From assembly GCA_051656645.1 (NCBI GenBank), contig JBOGCH010000020.1, positions 32,501 through 56,500 on the forward strand: a stretch of 24,000 bases of DNA. Direction: 5' to 3'. The position numbers and the translations under genes are program-made. Below, piece by piece: positions 14,981 to 22,992 of this stretch; positions within the stretch are counted from its first letter, which is position 1; each line of letters starts with the position of its first letter. Under the pieces are notes generated by a model. The model saw only the letters and a program-made list of their open reading frames with translations. It did no database searches and was not told the origin of the DNA. Source of the DNA: Marinifilaceae bacterium. GTDB taxonomy: Bacteria; Bacteroidota; Bacteroidia; Bacteroidales; Marinifilaceae.

Positions 14981-17125
14981 TTATTCAGCATTTAACTCCA
15001 CTACAATACTCTTAGTATGACTACCCGCTAAAAGATTTAATCCCTGTTTCATAAGGTAGTCTCCTGAAAGTACGCGACCGTTTTCACGTAAGCTTGGATT
15101 TTGTCCTTGTGGAAGGTTTATTTCAGTTACCTTATACTTTTTGTTTGCGTCAAGACCTTGTAAACGTACAGGAGCAACCGGCTCCGAATAGCGTGGATGA
15201 AGGCTGAAACCGTAGACAACGGCATTTTGTTGATTATTGTCCACATACATCAACGCAGCGTGATCAGTTTCATACGGAGAAACCAGTCTGTACATATCAC
15301 CGTCTAGAATAGCAGGTGTTAAACGCTTATGATTTGCTACGGCACGTTTGCAGAAATCAATATCTTTCTCGCTCATCCCATTGATGCGAATATCGAAACC
15401 CAGTTTACACATAGAGGCTACATCTACTCTGTATTTTAAGGATTGTTTTCCCCACGATGTTACGTGCGCAGCCATTGCTTTTGTTGGGAATACGTGAGAG
15501 AATCCCCATTGAATAAAGATACGCTCAACAGCGTCTGTATTGTCACTAGGCCAAAACTCGGTAAAGTATTCCAATGCTTTATAGTCACTGCGTCCCCCGC
15601 CGCCTGCACAAAGCATCATTGGTAAAGTAGGATACTTTGCTTTTACGCGGTCTAATACGTTATATAGTCCGCGAACGTAGTCAATGTATAGGTGTGATTG
15701 TTTGTTCTTTAAATGCGCAGAATAGATGTTGGTAATAGGGCTATTACAGTCCCATTTAAAGTAAGCAATTTCCGGATATTTTGTCATCAATCCATCTACA
15801 ATCCCGTACACGTAATCTTGCACTTTCGGATTACTTAAATCCAAGACCATTTGATTGCGGAAATAGTACTCGTCCCTATTTGGTAGGTGAATCACCCAAT
15901 CTTTATGTTTCTCATACAACTCGCTCTTTGGATTAACCATCTCCGGTTCTATCCATAACCCAAACTTAACGCCTTTATCGCTTGCCATTTTGGTAAGACG
16001 TCCAATTCCGTTAGGTAGTTTCTCAACAGTCTCTTCCCAGTCGCCTAAGCCTGCGTTGTCGCTGCTACGCGGATGTTTGTTGCCAAACCAACCATCGTCT
16101 AAAAGGAACATGTCAACGCCAATCATGGCTGCTTCGTCCATTAAGGAACCAAGTTTCTCCTCATTGAAGTCGAAATAGGTAGTTTCCCAGTTATTCAGTA
16201 GGGATAAGCGTTTGCCCATACCGTCTTTAAGCTGGTGTTTACGTGCCCAACGGTGCATTTGTCTGGATGCCTCGCCGGTTCCATTGTCGCTATAACACAT
16301 TATAAAATCCGGTGTGCTAAATGTTTCACCTTTAGCAAGAGTGTATTGCGATGAATGTGGATTTATACCACTCACCACGCGTAGGCGGCGTGCATTATCC
16401 ACCTCAAATACAAAACGGAAATTTCCTGTCCATGCCAATGTTCCCAGTATTGTTTCTGCTCCTTGCTCGCTAGCCGGATTGTTTAAAGACAGGATAAACA
16501 TTGGTGTACAAAACATATTGGCACGAGTCCCTAGTTTTGTATCCACAATTTTCTTTCCAAATGTCAATTCATTTTCCACCATATTTACTTCATGAGCCCA
16601 ATCGCCATGAAACTCGGTCATGTAATACTTTCCTGTAGGGAAGTGCAACATGGACGATGCATAATTTTCAAGTGTTACCGGTTTCTTTTCTTTACTTGAA
16701 ATCTCGGCCTTACTTCTTACAACGTTTTCATCATTGTAAGCGGTAAAGGATAAGCGTATCTCTGTTGGGTATTTATCGTCGGCCAATGTAATTATGGTTT
16801 CCTCTACACCTGGGCTTACTGTACGTTGTGTATGTGTTTTATACTTTAAATCGGTGGACGGATTTCCGTCATTGTGTGTTAGTTGTAGTGCCGATTCAAA
16901 ATAATCCTTCATCCCGTTAGGGATATAGGCTTCAGTGCCTTGCGGTAGTTGTTGTAGCTCTTCCGGATTTGCCAATCGGCGTCCAATGTAACTCTGGTAT
17001 AGGCGTCCATCGTTACCTACTCGATATACAACCTCAAATGCTTTTGTTTTTACCTCAATCGTTTGTCCCAATGTATGCAGGAAGGCACAACACGATAAGA
17101 GTAATGTTACAATACTAGTTCTCAT
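14981..17125 (-). CDS. GH36 alpha-galactosidase (secreted/periplasmic)
   Basis: 714 aa. Signal peptide MRTSIVTLLLSCCAFLHTLGQ. GH36 signature blocks FLLDDGWFG, YFKWDCN (nucleophile Asp region, compare KWDMN), CAGGGGRSD and WPSDNTDAVERIFIQWG (acid/base region). Confidence 0.93.
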   Translation of the reverse strand: MRTSIVTLLLSCCAFLHTLGQTIEVKTKAFEVVYRVGNDGRLYQSYIGRRLANPEELQQLPQGTEAYIPNGMKDYFESALQLTHNDGNPSTDLKYKTHTQRTVSPGVEETIITLADDKYPTEIRLSFTAYNDENVVRSKAEISSKEKKPVTLENYASSMLHFPTGKYYMTEFHGDWAHEVNMVENELTFGKKIVDTKLGTRANMFCTPMFILSLNNPASEQGAETILGTLAWTGNFRFVFEVDNARRLRVVSGINPHSSQYTLAKGETFSTPDFIMCYSDNGTGEASRQMHRWARKHQLKDGMGKRLSLLNNWETTYFDFNEEKLGSLMDEAAMIGVDMFLLDDGWFGNKHPRSSDNAGLGDWEETVEKLPNGIGRLTKMASDKGVKFGLWIEPEMVNPKSELYEKHKDWVIHLPNRDEYYFRNQMVLDLSNPKVQDYVYGIVDGLMTKYPEIAYFKWDCNSPITNIYSAHLKNKQSHLYIDYVRGLYNVLDRVKAKYPTLPMMLCAGGGGRSDYKALEYFTEFWPSDNTDAVERIFIQWGFSHVFPTKAMAAHVTSWGKQSLKYRVDVASMCKLGFDIRINGMSEKDIDFCKRAVANHKRLTPAILDGDMYRLVSPYETDHAALMYVDNNQQNAVVYGFSLHPRYSEPVAPVRLQGLDANKKYKVTEINLPQGQNPSLRENGRVLSGDYLMKQGLNLLAGSHTKSIVVELNAE

Positions 17126-17279
17126 CTTAATTTAATAGATATGTTTTTTGTTAACGTTTGCAACAAAACTACGAAATATATTATATTTTATGGCAGAGAT
17201 GTATGCTATTCTTGCAATATGTATAATATTGCTGTATATTGTAATGGATTGAATGGTTCATATTATAATAACTCAATAC

Positions 17280-17867
17280 ATGATAGACATAGAACTACAC
17301 CAAACAATGTTAAGCGGCAATTTATATAATGACTTGCACCCACAACTTGTATCACGTCGCGAACAAGTTGTATTATTAACTAACAAGTATAACAATACCT
17401 TTGCACAAACAACAGAGCAAAGGCAAGGGGTGTTGAGACAGATACTTAATGGTATAGGCTGCAACGTACATTTTGAACCCAACTTTCGGTGCGAATTTGG
17501 ATTCAATATTACTATAGGAGATAACTTCTACGCTAATTTTGATTGTATTATGCTGGATGCAAATACAATAACAATTGGTGATAATGTGCTGATTGGACCT
17601 CGTGTGGGCTTTTATACAGCTAATCATGCGCTCCATCCGGTACAGCGCAGACAAGGCTATTGTTATGCTCGGCCCATTACTATTGGTAATAATGTATGGA
17701 TAGGTGCCGGAGTGCACATAATGGGTGGTGTATCTGTTGGTGAAAATTCTATTATTGGAGCCGGTAGTGTTGTTACCTATCCCATCCCGGCAAATGTTAT
17801 TGCGGCAGGTGTTCCGTGTAAGGTGATACGTGAAATTACTGAACAGGATTATTGCTCCCAGGTATAG
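17280..17867 (+). CDS. maa: Maltose/galactoside O-acetyltransferase (Maa/LacA family, left-handed beta-helix)
   Basis: N-terminal Mac domain (MLSGNLYNDLHPQLVSRREQ...) and hexapeptide repeats (ITIGDNVLIGPRVGF, ITIGNNVWIGAGVHIMGGVSVGENSIIGAGSVV). The ATG at 17280 is preferred over 17253, and the start is uncertain by 9 codons. Confidence 0.88.
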   Translation: MIDIELHQTMLSGNLYNDLHPQLVSRREQVVLLTNKYNNTFAQTTEQRQGVLRQILNGIGCNVHFEPNFRCEFGFNITIGDNFYANFDCIMLDANTITIGDNVLIGPRVGFYTANHALHPVQRRQGYCYARPITIGNNVWIGAGVHIMGGVSVGENSIIGAGSVVTYPIPANVIAAGVPCKVIREITEQDYCSQV

Positions 17868-17967
17868 GCCATTAAACTTTGCACTTACTCTCTATTCTCT
17901 AAGGAACGGAACAATTAGGCTTATGTCACTTTACACTTTAGGGCTATGATGAGGCGAGAAGTATCTG

Positions 17968-18084
17968 CTCAAGTGTTTCGACTAGGTTACCACTAGCTTT
18001 CGACTAGGTTTCTACTAGTACATATCCCCAATAGTAGTCGAAACCTAGTCGAAACCTTGCCGTAACCTAGTCGAAACCCTTGAG
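17968..18084. repeat. Intergenic element B core: 13-bp unit TTTCGACTAGGTT twice direct, then twice inverted, each pair 22 bp apart, with degenerate inner copies and outer CTCAAG/CTTGAG arms
   Basis: Exact direct copies lie at 17976-17988 and 17998-18010. Exact reverse-complement copies lie at 18042-18054 and 18064-18076. Degenerate copies are TTTCTACTAGTA (18008-18019) and ATAGTAGTCGAAA (18031-18043). Outer arms are CTCAAG 17968-17973 and CTTGAG 18079-18084. The spacers between units are not complementary. Confidence 0.85.
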
Positions 18085-18229
18085 CGGAGTTTATGCACCG
18101 GCGGGGATAATTACAAAATGTTTGTGGTGGGTTATCCATTGTTGATATGTAACTTTTTATTTGATCGTGGCGTATTTTTAGTTGTATGTAACCAAGATTA
18201 TGTTGAATATAGAACTAAATAAATTAGTT

Positions 18230-18835
18230 ATGAATCAGGATAAAGGAGACAAAAAAGAGCCGTTGAAATTAAAGGCTGAAGAAGGTTCGTATCTGCTAGA
18301 TGAAATAAGCGGTGACGAGCGCGCTGTAGGAGTGTTTTTTTCGCCTACAGGTGGTAATGTTCATTATGTGGCCAAACGCATTAAGCAATTATTGACAGAA
18401 CGTCCGACGGAGTTACACTCTATTGGAACTTCGCCTGCAAAGGAGATGCTCTCTTACAAGAATATTATTATCATTTCGGCTACACTGGGATCTGAAACTT
18501 GGGATGGCGTTAGTGATGATAAATGGGCGCGTTTCTTGCCACGATTAAGGAAATTGGATTTGCGCGGTAAAAATGTAGCCCTTGTGGGCCTAGGCGATGC
18601 TGTGAAATACCCGGAGAATTTTGTTGATGGTATGAAATTGTTGGCAGATACGGTAAGAGCATGCGGAGCAAATCTAGTAGGCCGTACAGAGACCGACGGA
18701 TATACATTTAGATCAACATTGGCTATTGAGGATAATTTGTTTTTAGGATTACCTATTGATCAGGATAATGAACCCAATAAGACGGATGAACGACTAAAAG
18801 TATGGCTGTCATTGTTGCAATTTGCAAATGATTAG
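18230..18835 (+). CDS. fldA: Long-chain flavodoxin-like protein with a charged N-terminal extension
   Basis: The core aligns with E. coli FldA from memory: VGVFFSPTGGNVHYVAKRI against GIFFGSDTGNTENIAKMI, KNVALVGLGDAVKYPENF against KLVALFGCGDQEDYAEYF, and the long-chain insert ...LFLGLPIDQDNEPNKTDERLKVW. The start is ambiguous (TTG 18182, ATG 18200, ATG 18230). Confidence 0.8.
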   Translation: MNQDKGDKKEPLKLKAEEGSYLLDEISGDERAVGVFFSPTGGNVHYVAKRIKQLLTERPTELHSIGTSPAKEMLSYKNIIIISATLGSETWDGVSDDKWARFLPRLRKLDLRGKNVALVGLGDAVKYPENFVDGMKLLADTVRACGANLVGRTETDGYTFRSTLAIEDNLFLGLPIDQDNEPNKTDERLKVWLSLLQFAND

Positions 18836-18860
18836 ATTCAATGACCAAATATTAAAAATA

Positions 18861-18895
18861 ATAAAAGGAACGTATAAAGAATACGTTCCTTTTAT
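18861..18895. terminator. Bidirectional terminator between the flavodoxin gene and the convergent AraC-family gene
   Basis: A 15-bp perfect stem, ATAAAAGGAACGTAT (18861-18875) with ATACGTTCCTTTTAT (18881-18895), around the loop AAAGA. Confidence 0.8.
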
Positions 18896-18899
18896 TGTT

Positions 18900-20888
18900 T
18901 TATTCGGTTTTAGCGGCAGAGCGTTGCTCCATATAATCGTCTAAATATTGTTTTGGCGTTTTACCGGTGTGTTGTTTAAACGCTCTGTAGAATGTTGATC
19001 GGGATGCAAAACCGTAGTTGGCAATGTGGCGCTCAATATTCATTTTCACCTTGGGATAATCCCGCATAATATGCTCCATACGTAACTTATTTAGCCATTG
19101 GTTAAAGTTCATACCGGTATTTTTATTAATGGCATTGGAGATGTATGTACGGTTGCAATTTAAAATTTCAGTTAATTGCGGTATGGAGAATTCTTGATGT
19201 AAATACAATTCCTGCTCTAGTGTAATACGCTCAATCTCTTTATAAATGTCTGATTGCGTATTCTCGAGAGCTGTGGCTTTATGTTTGTATTTTTGTAATG
19301 CTTCAATTCTCTCTTTTTGGCGACGGTAAAGAAGGTAAATATTACGTTTATCAGTACGATAGTAGTAATAATAAATGCATAGTAGTGAAGCAATAACCAT
19401 ACCTACACCCCAAACTTGTAGTGCTTTTTGAATGCGCATCTCCTTTTCGGCTTTGTATATGTCCATTTTTTCCTGTATGTTATTTCTGTGCATAAAGGAG
19501 GCATAGGTGTTGGACTGTAAGCGTGTGTCGCTTGTTATACGAGTGCGAAAAATAAAAGAGATGATATTGCTGATTTCGTGATATCCATATGAATCGCCCA
19601 AAAGGTAATAGGCTTTTAGATATCCTTGTAGGAGCGTGAGCAACATATCCGTTTGGTCAATCCAACCAAACGATGGGGTCTCTGCCTGTTTTCTTAGTCT
19701 TACGGTGTCAATGACCGGATATGGAGTAAGTGATTTAAATATATATCGGCAATGAGAATTTTTTACATATGTGTTTGTAAAGTCTAGTACCTTATCGTAT
19801 TTTTTTTGGTCTATAAGTTGATTGGTTTCGTGAATCAGATACTGTGGATGTCCACTTAAGGTATATCTATTATGTACCAGAAGCTCAAATTGTGATCGCA
19901 TTGTGGTAAATAAGGAATCGGTAGCAACAGTATCCTTCTTCCTTGTATAATACCATAAAAGGTAGTTGTTACGCCCAAATTGTTCAAAGCAGGAAATTAA
20001 AGAATCCTGGACCATGTGCATGCTTTTGGAGTGCGTAATAAAATCGAACAAACTATCGGGTTTGTCGCATCTTATAAGCAAGGAAGCATATAAGGTTGTA
20101 AATTTTTGAGGCGCTGGATAGGTTGCAAGTGCTTTATCCCAATCTGCACTGATGGCATGAATATTATATTGTAGAAGATAGTATAGATTTGTTTGGTCGA
20201 ATGACAATAAATGCAAGTAATATTTGTTGATATCATTTAGCAAGTCCTGAGTTTGCTGTGTCATATTCATTGATGAATAGAGTGCAGCAGCCCTAATTTT
20301 TAATCGGCCAATAGCTAATGAATCATCGTTGTTTTGAGCAAGGATTAGTGCATTACTTAATAAGTTAAGTTTTGAAAGTCGTTGTTCTCTAATGTCGATA
20401 GAATTTGTTGTATCGATAATTTCGGATATTTTCGAGGCTTCTAAGTATAGCATAATACGTTCACGATGGGATAGATTCTCATCGTCATATAGTTTATCAT
20501 ATACTTTTTTTCGAAGATATTTATGGTGATTGTTATGAATGTTTTCTGCCAAAAATAATCCGTTTATAAGTACTCTATATTTAAGAAGATTTAATTTCTG
20601 ATGATGACGCTTTGATGAGAGTAAAATCATATCATCAATGTAATCAATGGTTTGAGGGTATTTGTAGTCTGCAATGTCGAGAAGCAAGAATGCATTCTCA
20701 TCTATCAAGTTTGATAGATGCCGAGCTAAATGTTGTTGTTCCTTATGATCGAGTTCAGAATATAGATTTAATAATGAATCGCATTGCGCCATAGACATAT
20801 CCTTGTATATGTTACTGCGTATGGCGTCACATCCTGTAAAGAGGATGAATACCATGGCTATATAAAGTATAAAACGACTTGTGCGCAT
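18900..20888 (-). CDS. Membrane-anchored AraC-family transcriptional regulator: lipoprotein-type signal, large helical (TPR-like) extracytoplasmic domain, single TM helix, cytoplasmic HTH
   Basis: N-terminus MRTSRFILYIAMVFILFTGC (lipobox-like Cys). About 470 aa is helix-rich and Leu/Tyr/Asn-rich. The TM helix is VWGVGMVIASLLCIYYYYY, followed by a charged coiled segment. The C-terminal AraC HTH is LTEILNCNRTYISNAINK...ANYGFASRSTFYRAFKQHTGKTPKQYL. The ORF extends to 20906, but the Met at 20888 fits the signal peptide better. Confidence 0.85.
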   Translation of the reverse strand: MRTSRFILYIAMVFILFTGCDAIRSNIYKDMSMAQCDSLLNLYSELDHKEQQHLARHLSNLIDENAFLLLDIADYKYPQTIDYIDDMILLSSKRHHQKLNLLKYRVLINGLFLAENIHNNHHKYLRKKVYDKLYDDENLSHRERIMLYLEASKISEIIDTTNSIDIREQRLSKLNLLSNALILAQNNDDSLAIGRLKIRAAALYSSMNMTQQTQDLLNDINKYYLHLLSFDQTNLYYLLQYNIHAISADWDKALATYPAPQKFTTLYASLLIRCDKPDSLFDFITHSKSMHMVQDSLISCFEQFGRNNYLLWYYTRKKDTVATDSLFTTMRSQFELLVHNRYTLSGHPQYLIHETNQLIDQKKYDKVLDFTNTYVKNSHCRYIFKSLTPYPVIDTVRLRKQAETPSFGWIDQTDMLLTLLQGYLKAYYLLGDSYGYHEISNIISFIFRTRITSDTRLQSNTYASFMHRNNIQEKMDIYKAEKEMRIQKALQVWGVGMVIASLLCIYYYYYRTDKRNIYLLYRRQKERIEALQKYKHKATALENTQSDIYKEIERITLEQELYLHQEFSIPQLTEILNCNRTYISNAINKNTGMNFNQWLNKLRMEHIMRDYPKVKMNIERHIANYGFASRSTFYRAFKQHTGKTPKQYLDDYMEQRSAAKTE

Positions 20889-20932
20889 ATTGTTTAGCTT
20901 ATTCAATGTGATGCATTGTTTCTGCGTTATTA

Positions 20933-22846
20933 CTACAATTTGTTAAGAACTGACTCAATATACTGTTTTGGTGACATTGAGGTATGTTCTTTAAATACCT
21001 TATAGAATGTTGTATAGTTAGCAAATCCACATTCCTTTGTAAAGTCTTGAGTACGATGAGTGTTACGGCTAATGTGTTCCAAGAAGTAGGTTATCCGTAT
21101 TTGATTTACCCATTGCATTACTGGCATATTGGTGAATTGAAATACTATATCTTGTAATTCTCCCGGTTTTGCGTCGATAATTTGTGAAAGTGTCCGAGCA
21201 GTTAGTGTTAAATCTTTAAATAGCCCTTCCTCTCTCACCTCGTGTTGTAACTGTAAAAATAATTGCTGTCTTTTAATAAATTCAGTTTGTGCATTACTTG
21301 CAGAAGCTTGCGGAGCTTTAAAGTTTGAGTGCAGTTTTGACATAATGCGCGGAATACGTAAGTAAACAGCAAAACGCTTATAATAAACAAAAAGGCTCAA
21401 AACAACAAGGGTGAACACCATTCCTAGCCAGTGGTACAGTTTAACCTTATGCTCTATGGTATCCTCGGGCATAGCACTTTGTACTTTTGTGGTGAGATGT
21501 CTACTAACCTCTTTATTCTTGGTAAGAAACATGTCTTGAAAGAAAATAACAGGTTGTACAGTCCTAAATGCTCTGTCGTATTTGTGACTATTTGCATAAA
21601 AAGTGGATAGTGTATTGTATGCTTCACAAAATGTTTCAAGCATGGTGAAGTTGAACAATTTTGGGATACTCTCTTCTTTGGTTTGTGACAAAAATAATGT
21701 CATATAATCTCTGTTGAGATTATGTAAATGAGCATGCGAAACTGTGATCCCCGATTGTAAAGAGTCAATAGCTGTTTCTGTACGTCCCTGTTTATTAAGA
21801 TATTTTGCAGTTAGGATATATGCTGCTAAGTTTCTTTGAATTGTCTTCACTTCTGCTAACATTACCTCTTGATTGGTAATGTTGTTTTTGATAAATCTCT
21901 GAAAATACACGAATGCATTAATAGAATCACCATATTCCTGAGTGACTAAAGCTTTATAGTACAGGATTGTATTTCGTGTTATTGGCGAAATAGTTGTGTC
22001 TACTTCGGATGTGTCTGATTCTGCGAGAATTGATTTGAAATTGCGTGTATAATAAAGTAACTTATAGTAGTAAGTGTCATCTTTCTTTGTGTCATGGTGC
22101 GATTTACTATACCAAGAATATGCCTTACTGTACGCTCCCATTGCCAAGTAGGCACGTGATATGAGTTTCTCGATGTCCTTGTAAACTTCGGGGGTTGTTC
22201 GGTAGGATGTGTATTTGTATCCGCGTAGCAAATGTTCTAGCGCTTCGCTGTAGTACTTATTTTCAAGCATCCAATTTCCAATGAGTATGTCAGAAACAAA
22301 TACGCCTTTATGATAGCCGTCTTTTCTGAAATAGATAATGGCATCGTTATAGAAATCATAGCGTTGTGTTTGATGATTTGCAAACAGTGCCTCACCTTTT
22401 TTTGCTAAAACGGCTCCTTTAAATTTATTAGATAGTTTAGAGTCTTTTTCTATAATAGAAATCTTTTCAATAAGAGTGTTCGCAATAACTCTATTCTTGG
22501 GTTGTTGCTCTGAAAGTTTTGTTAGAACGCTAATGTGGAATAGATTTAGAGCTATCTTTTGTTCATTGTTTAGAAAGAATGAACGCGTATTGATAAGATT
22601 ATTAAGTAGTTGTGGATCGTTTATTGGATAATAAACAAGGAAAATAGGATCGTCTATGATTTTGTTGCATAGTCTTGAGATGACCTCGTTTATGGAGTGT
22701 GAATAATTTGCATGATCTTCATGTGAAATTGCGGCAAGAGAGTCCAAACTTGCCATGATTTGTGTAATATCAGTATGTGAGTATTTTTTGCTACATCCGG
22801 AGCATGTAACAACCAAAAGAATAATGAAATATTTTAACATGTTCAT
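20933..22846 (-). CDS. Second membrane-anchored AraC-family regulator, a divergent paralog of the downstream gene with the same architecture
   Basis: 637 aa. N-terminus MNMLKYFIILLVVTCSGCSKK (lipobox-like), a helical ectodomain, TM helix WLGMVFTLVVLSLFVYY and the C-terminal AraC HTH ...KECGFANYTTFYKVFKEHTSMSPKQYI. Only 26 bp separate it from the next gene, so the two are probably an operon. Confidence 0.85.
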   Translation of the reverse strand: MNMLKYFIILLVVTCSGCSKKYSHTDITQIMASLDSLAAISHEDHANYSHSINEVISRLCNKIIDDPIFLVYYPINDPQLLNNLINTRSFFLNNEQKIALNLFHISVLTKLSEQQPKNRVIANTLIEKISIIEKDSKLSNKFKGAVLAKKGEALFANHQTQRYDFYNDAIIYFRKDGYHKGVFVSDILIGNWMLENKYYSEALEHLLRGYKYTSYRTTPEVYKDIEKLISRAYLAMGAYSKAYSWYSKSHHDTKKDDTYYYKLLYYTRNFKSILAESDTSEVDTTISPITRNTILYYKALVTQEYGDSINAFVYFQRFIKNNITNQEVMLAEVKTIQRNLAAYILTAKYLNKQGRTETAIDSLQSGITVSHAHLHNLNRDYMTLFLSQTKEESIPKLFNFTMLETFCEAYNTLSTFYANSHKYDRAFRTVQPVIFFQDMFLTKNKEVSRHLTTKVQSAMPEDTIEHKVKLYHWLGMVFTLVVLSLFVYYKRFAVYLRIPRIMSKLHSNFKAPQASASNAQTEFIKRQQLFLQLQHEVREEGLFKDLTLTARTLSQIIDAKPGELQDIVFQFTNMPVMQWVNQIRITYFLEHISRNTHRTQDFTKECGFANYTTFYKVFKEHTSMSPKQYIESVLNKL

Positions 22847-22992
22847 ATCTAGACGCTATCAATCACAAAGATGGACAAATATATATAAAATAACCGACTT
22901 AACATTAGATAAAAAGTTAATAGCGAAATAAAAAAAGATGAAGTGTAGGATAAACACTTTATTACTGATATTTTTGAGGTTAAATAAAGAGT

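Noticed and set aside
13633-16595. Antisense ORFs at 13633-13938, 13688-13987, 13971-14204, 14236-14496, 15443-15625, 15990-16178 and 16314-16595.
   Set aside because: All lie opposite the strongly supported FGE-like domain or the GH36 coding sequence, and they overlap one another. They are shadow frames.
17141-17329. A 62-aa plus-strand ORF in the alpha-galactosidase/acetyltransferase intergenic region.
   Set aside because: It has a Cys/Asn/Tyr-rich low-complexity sequence, overlaps the acetyltransferase start in another frame and lies in a divergent promoter region.
17968-18084. Element B was considered as an integron attC site or a simple rho-independent terminator for the acetyltransferase gene.
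   Set aside because: I could not see RYYYAAC/GTTRRRY-type ends or an integrase. There is no T-tract after the structure, and the non-complementary spacers break a continuous stem.
22847-22992. A possible cobalamin riboswitch or Fur box upstream of the BtuF/FecB-like transporter.
   Set aside because: The region is almost entirely A/T, with no GC-rich conserved riboswitch core and no clear 19-bp Fur-type dyad visible by eye. This should still be confirmed with Infernal.
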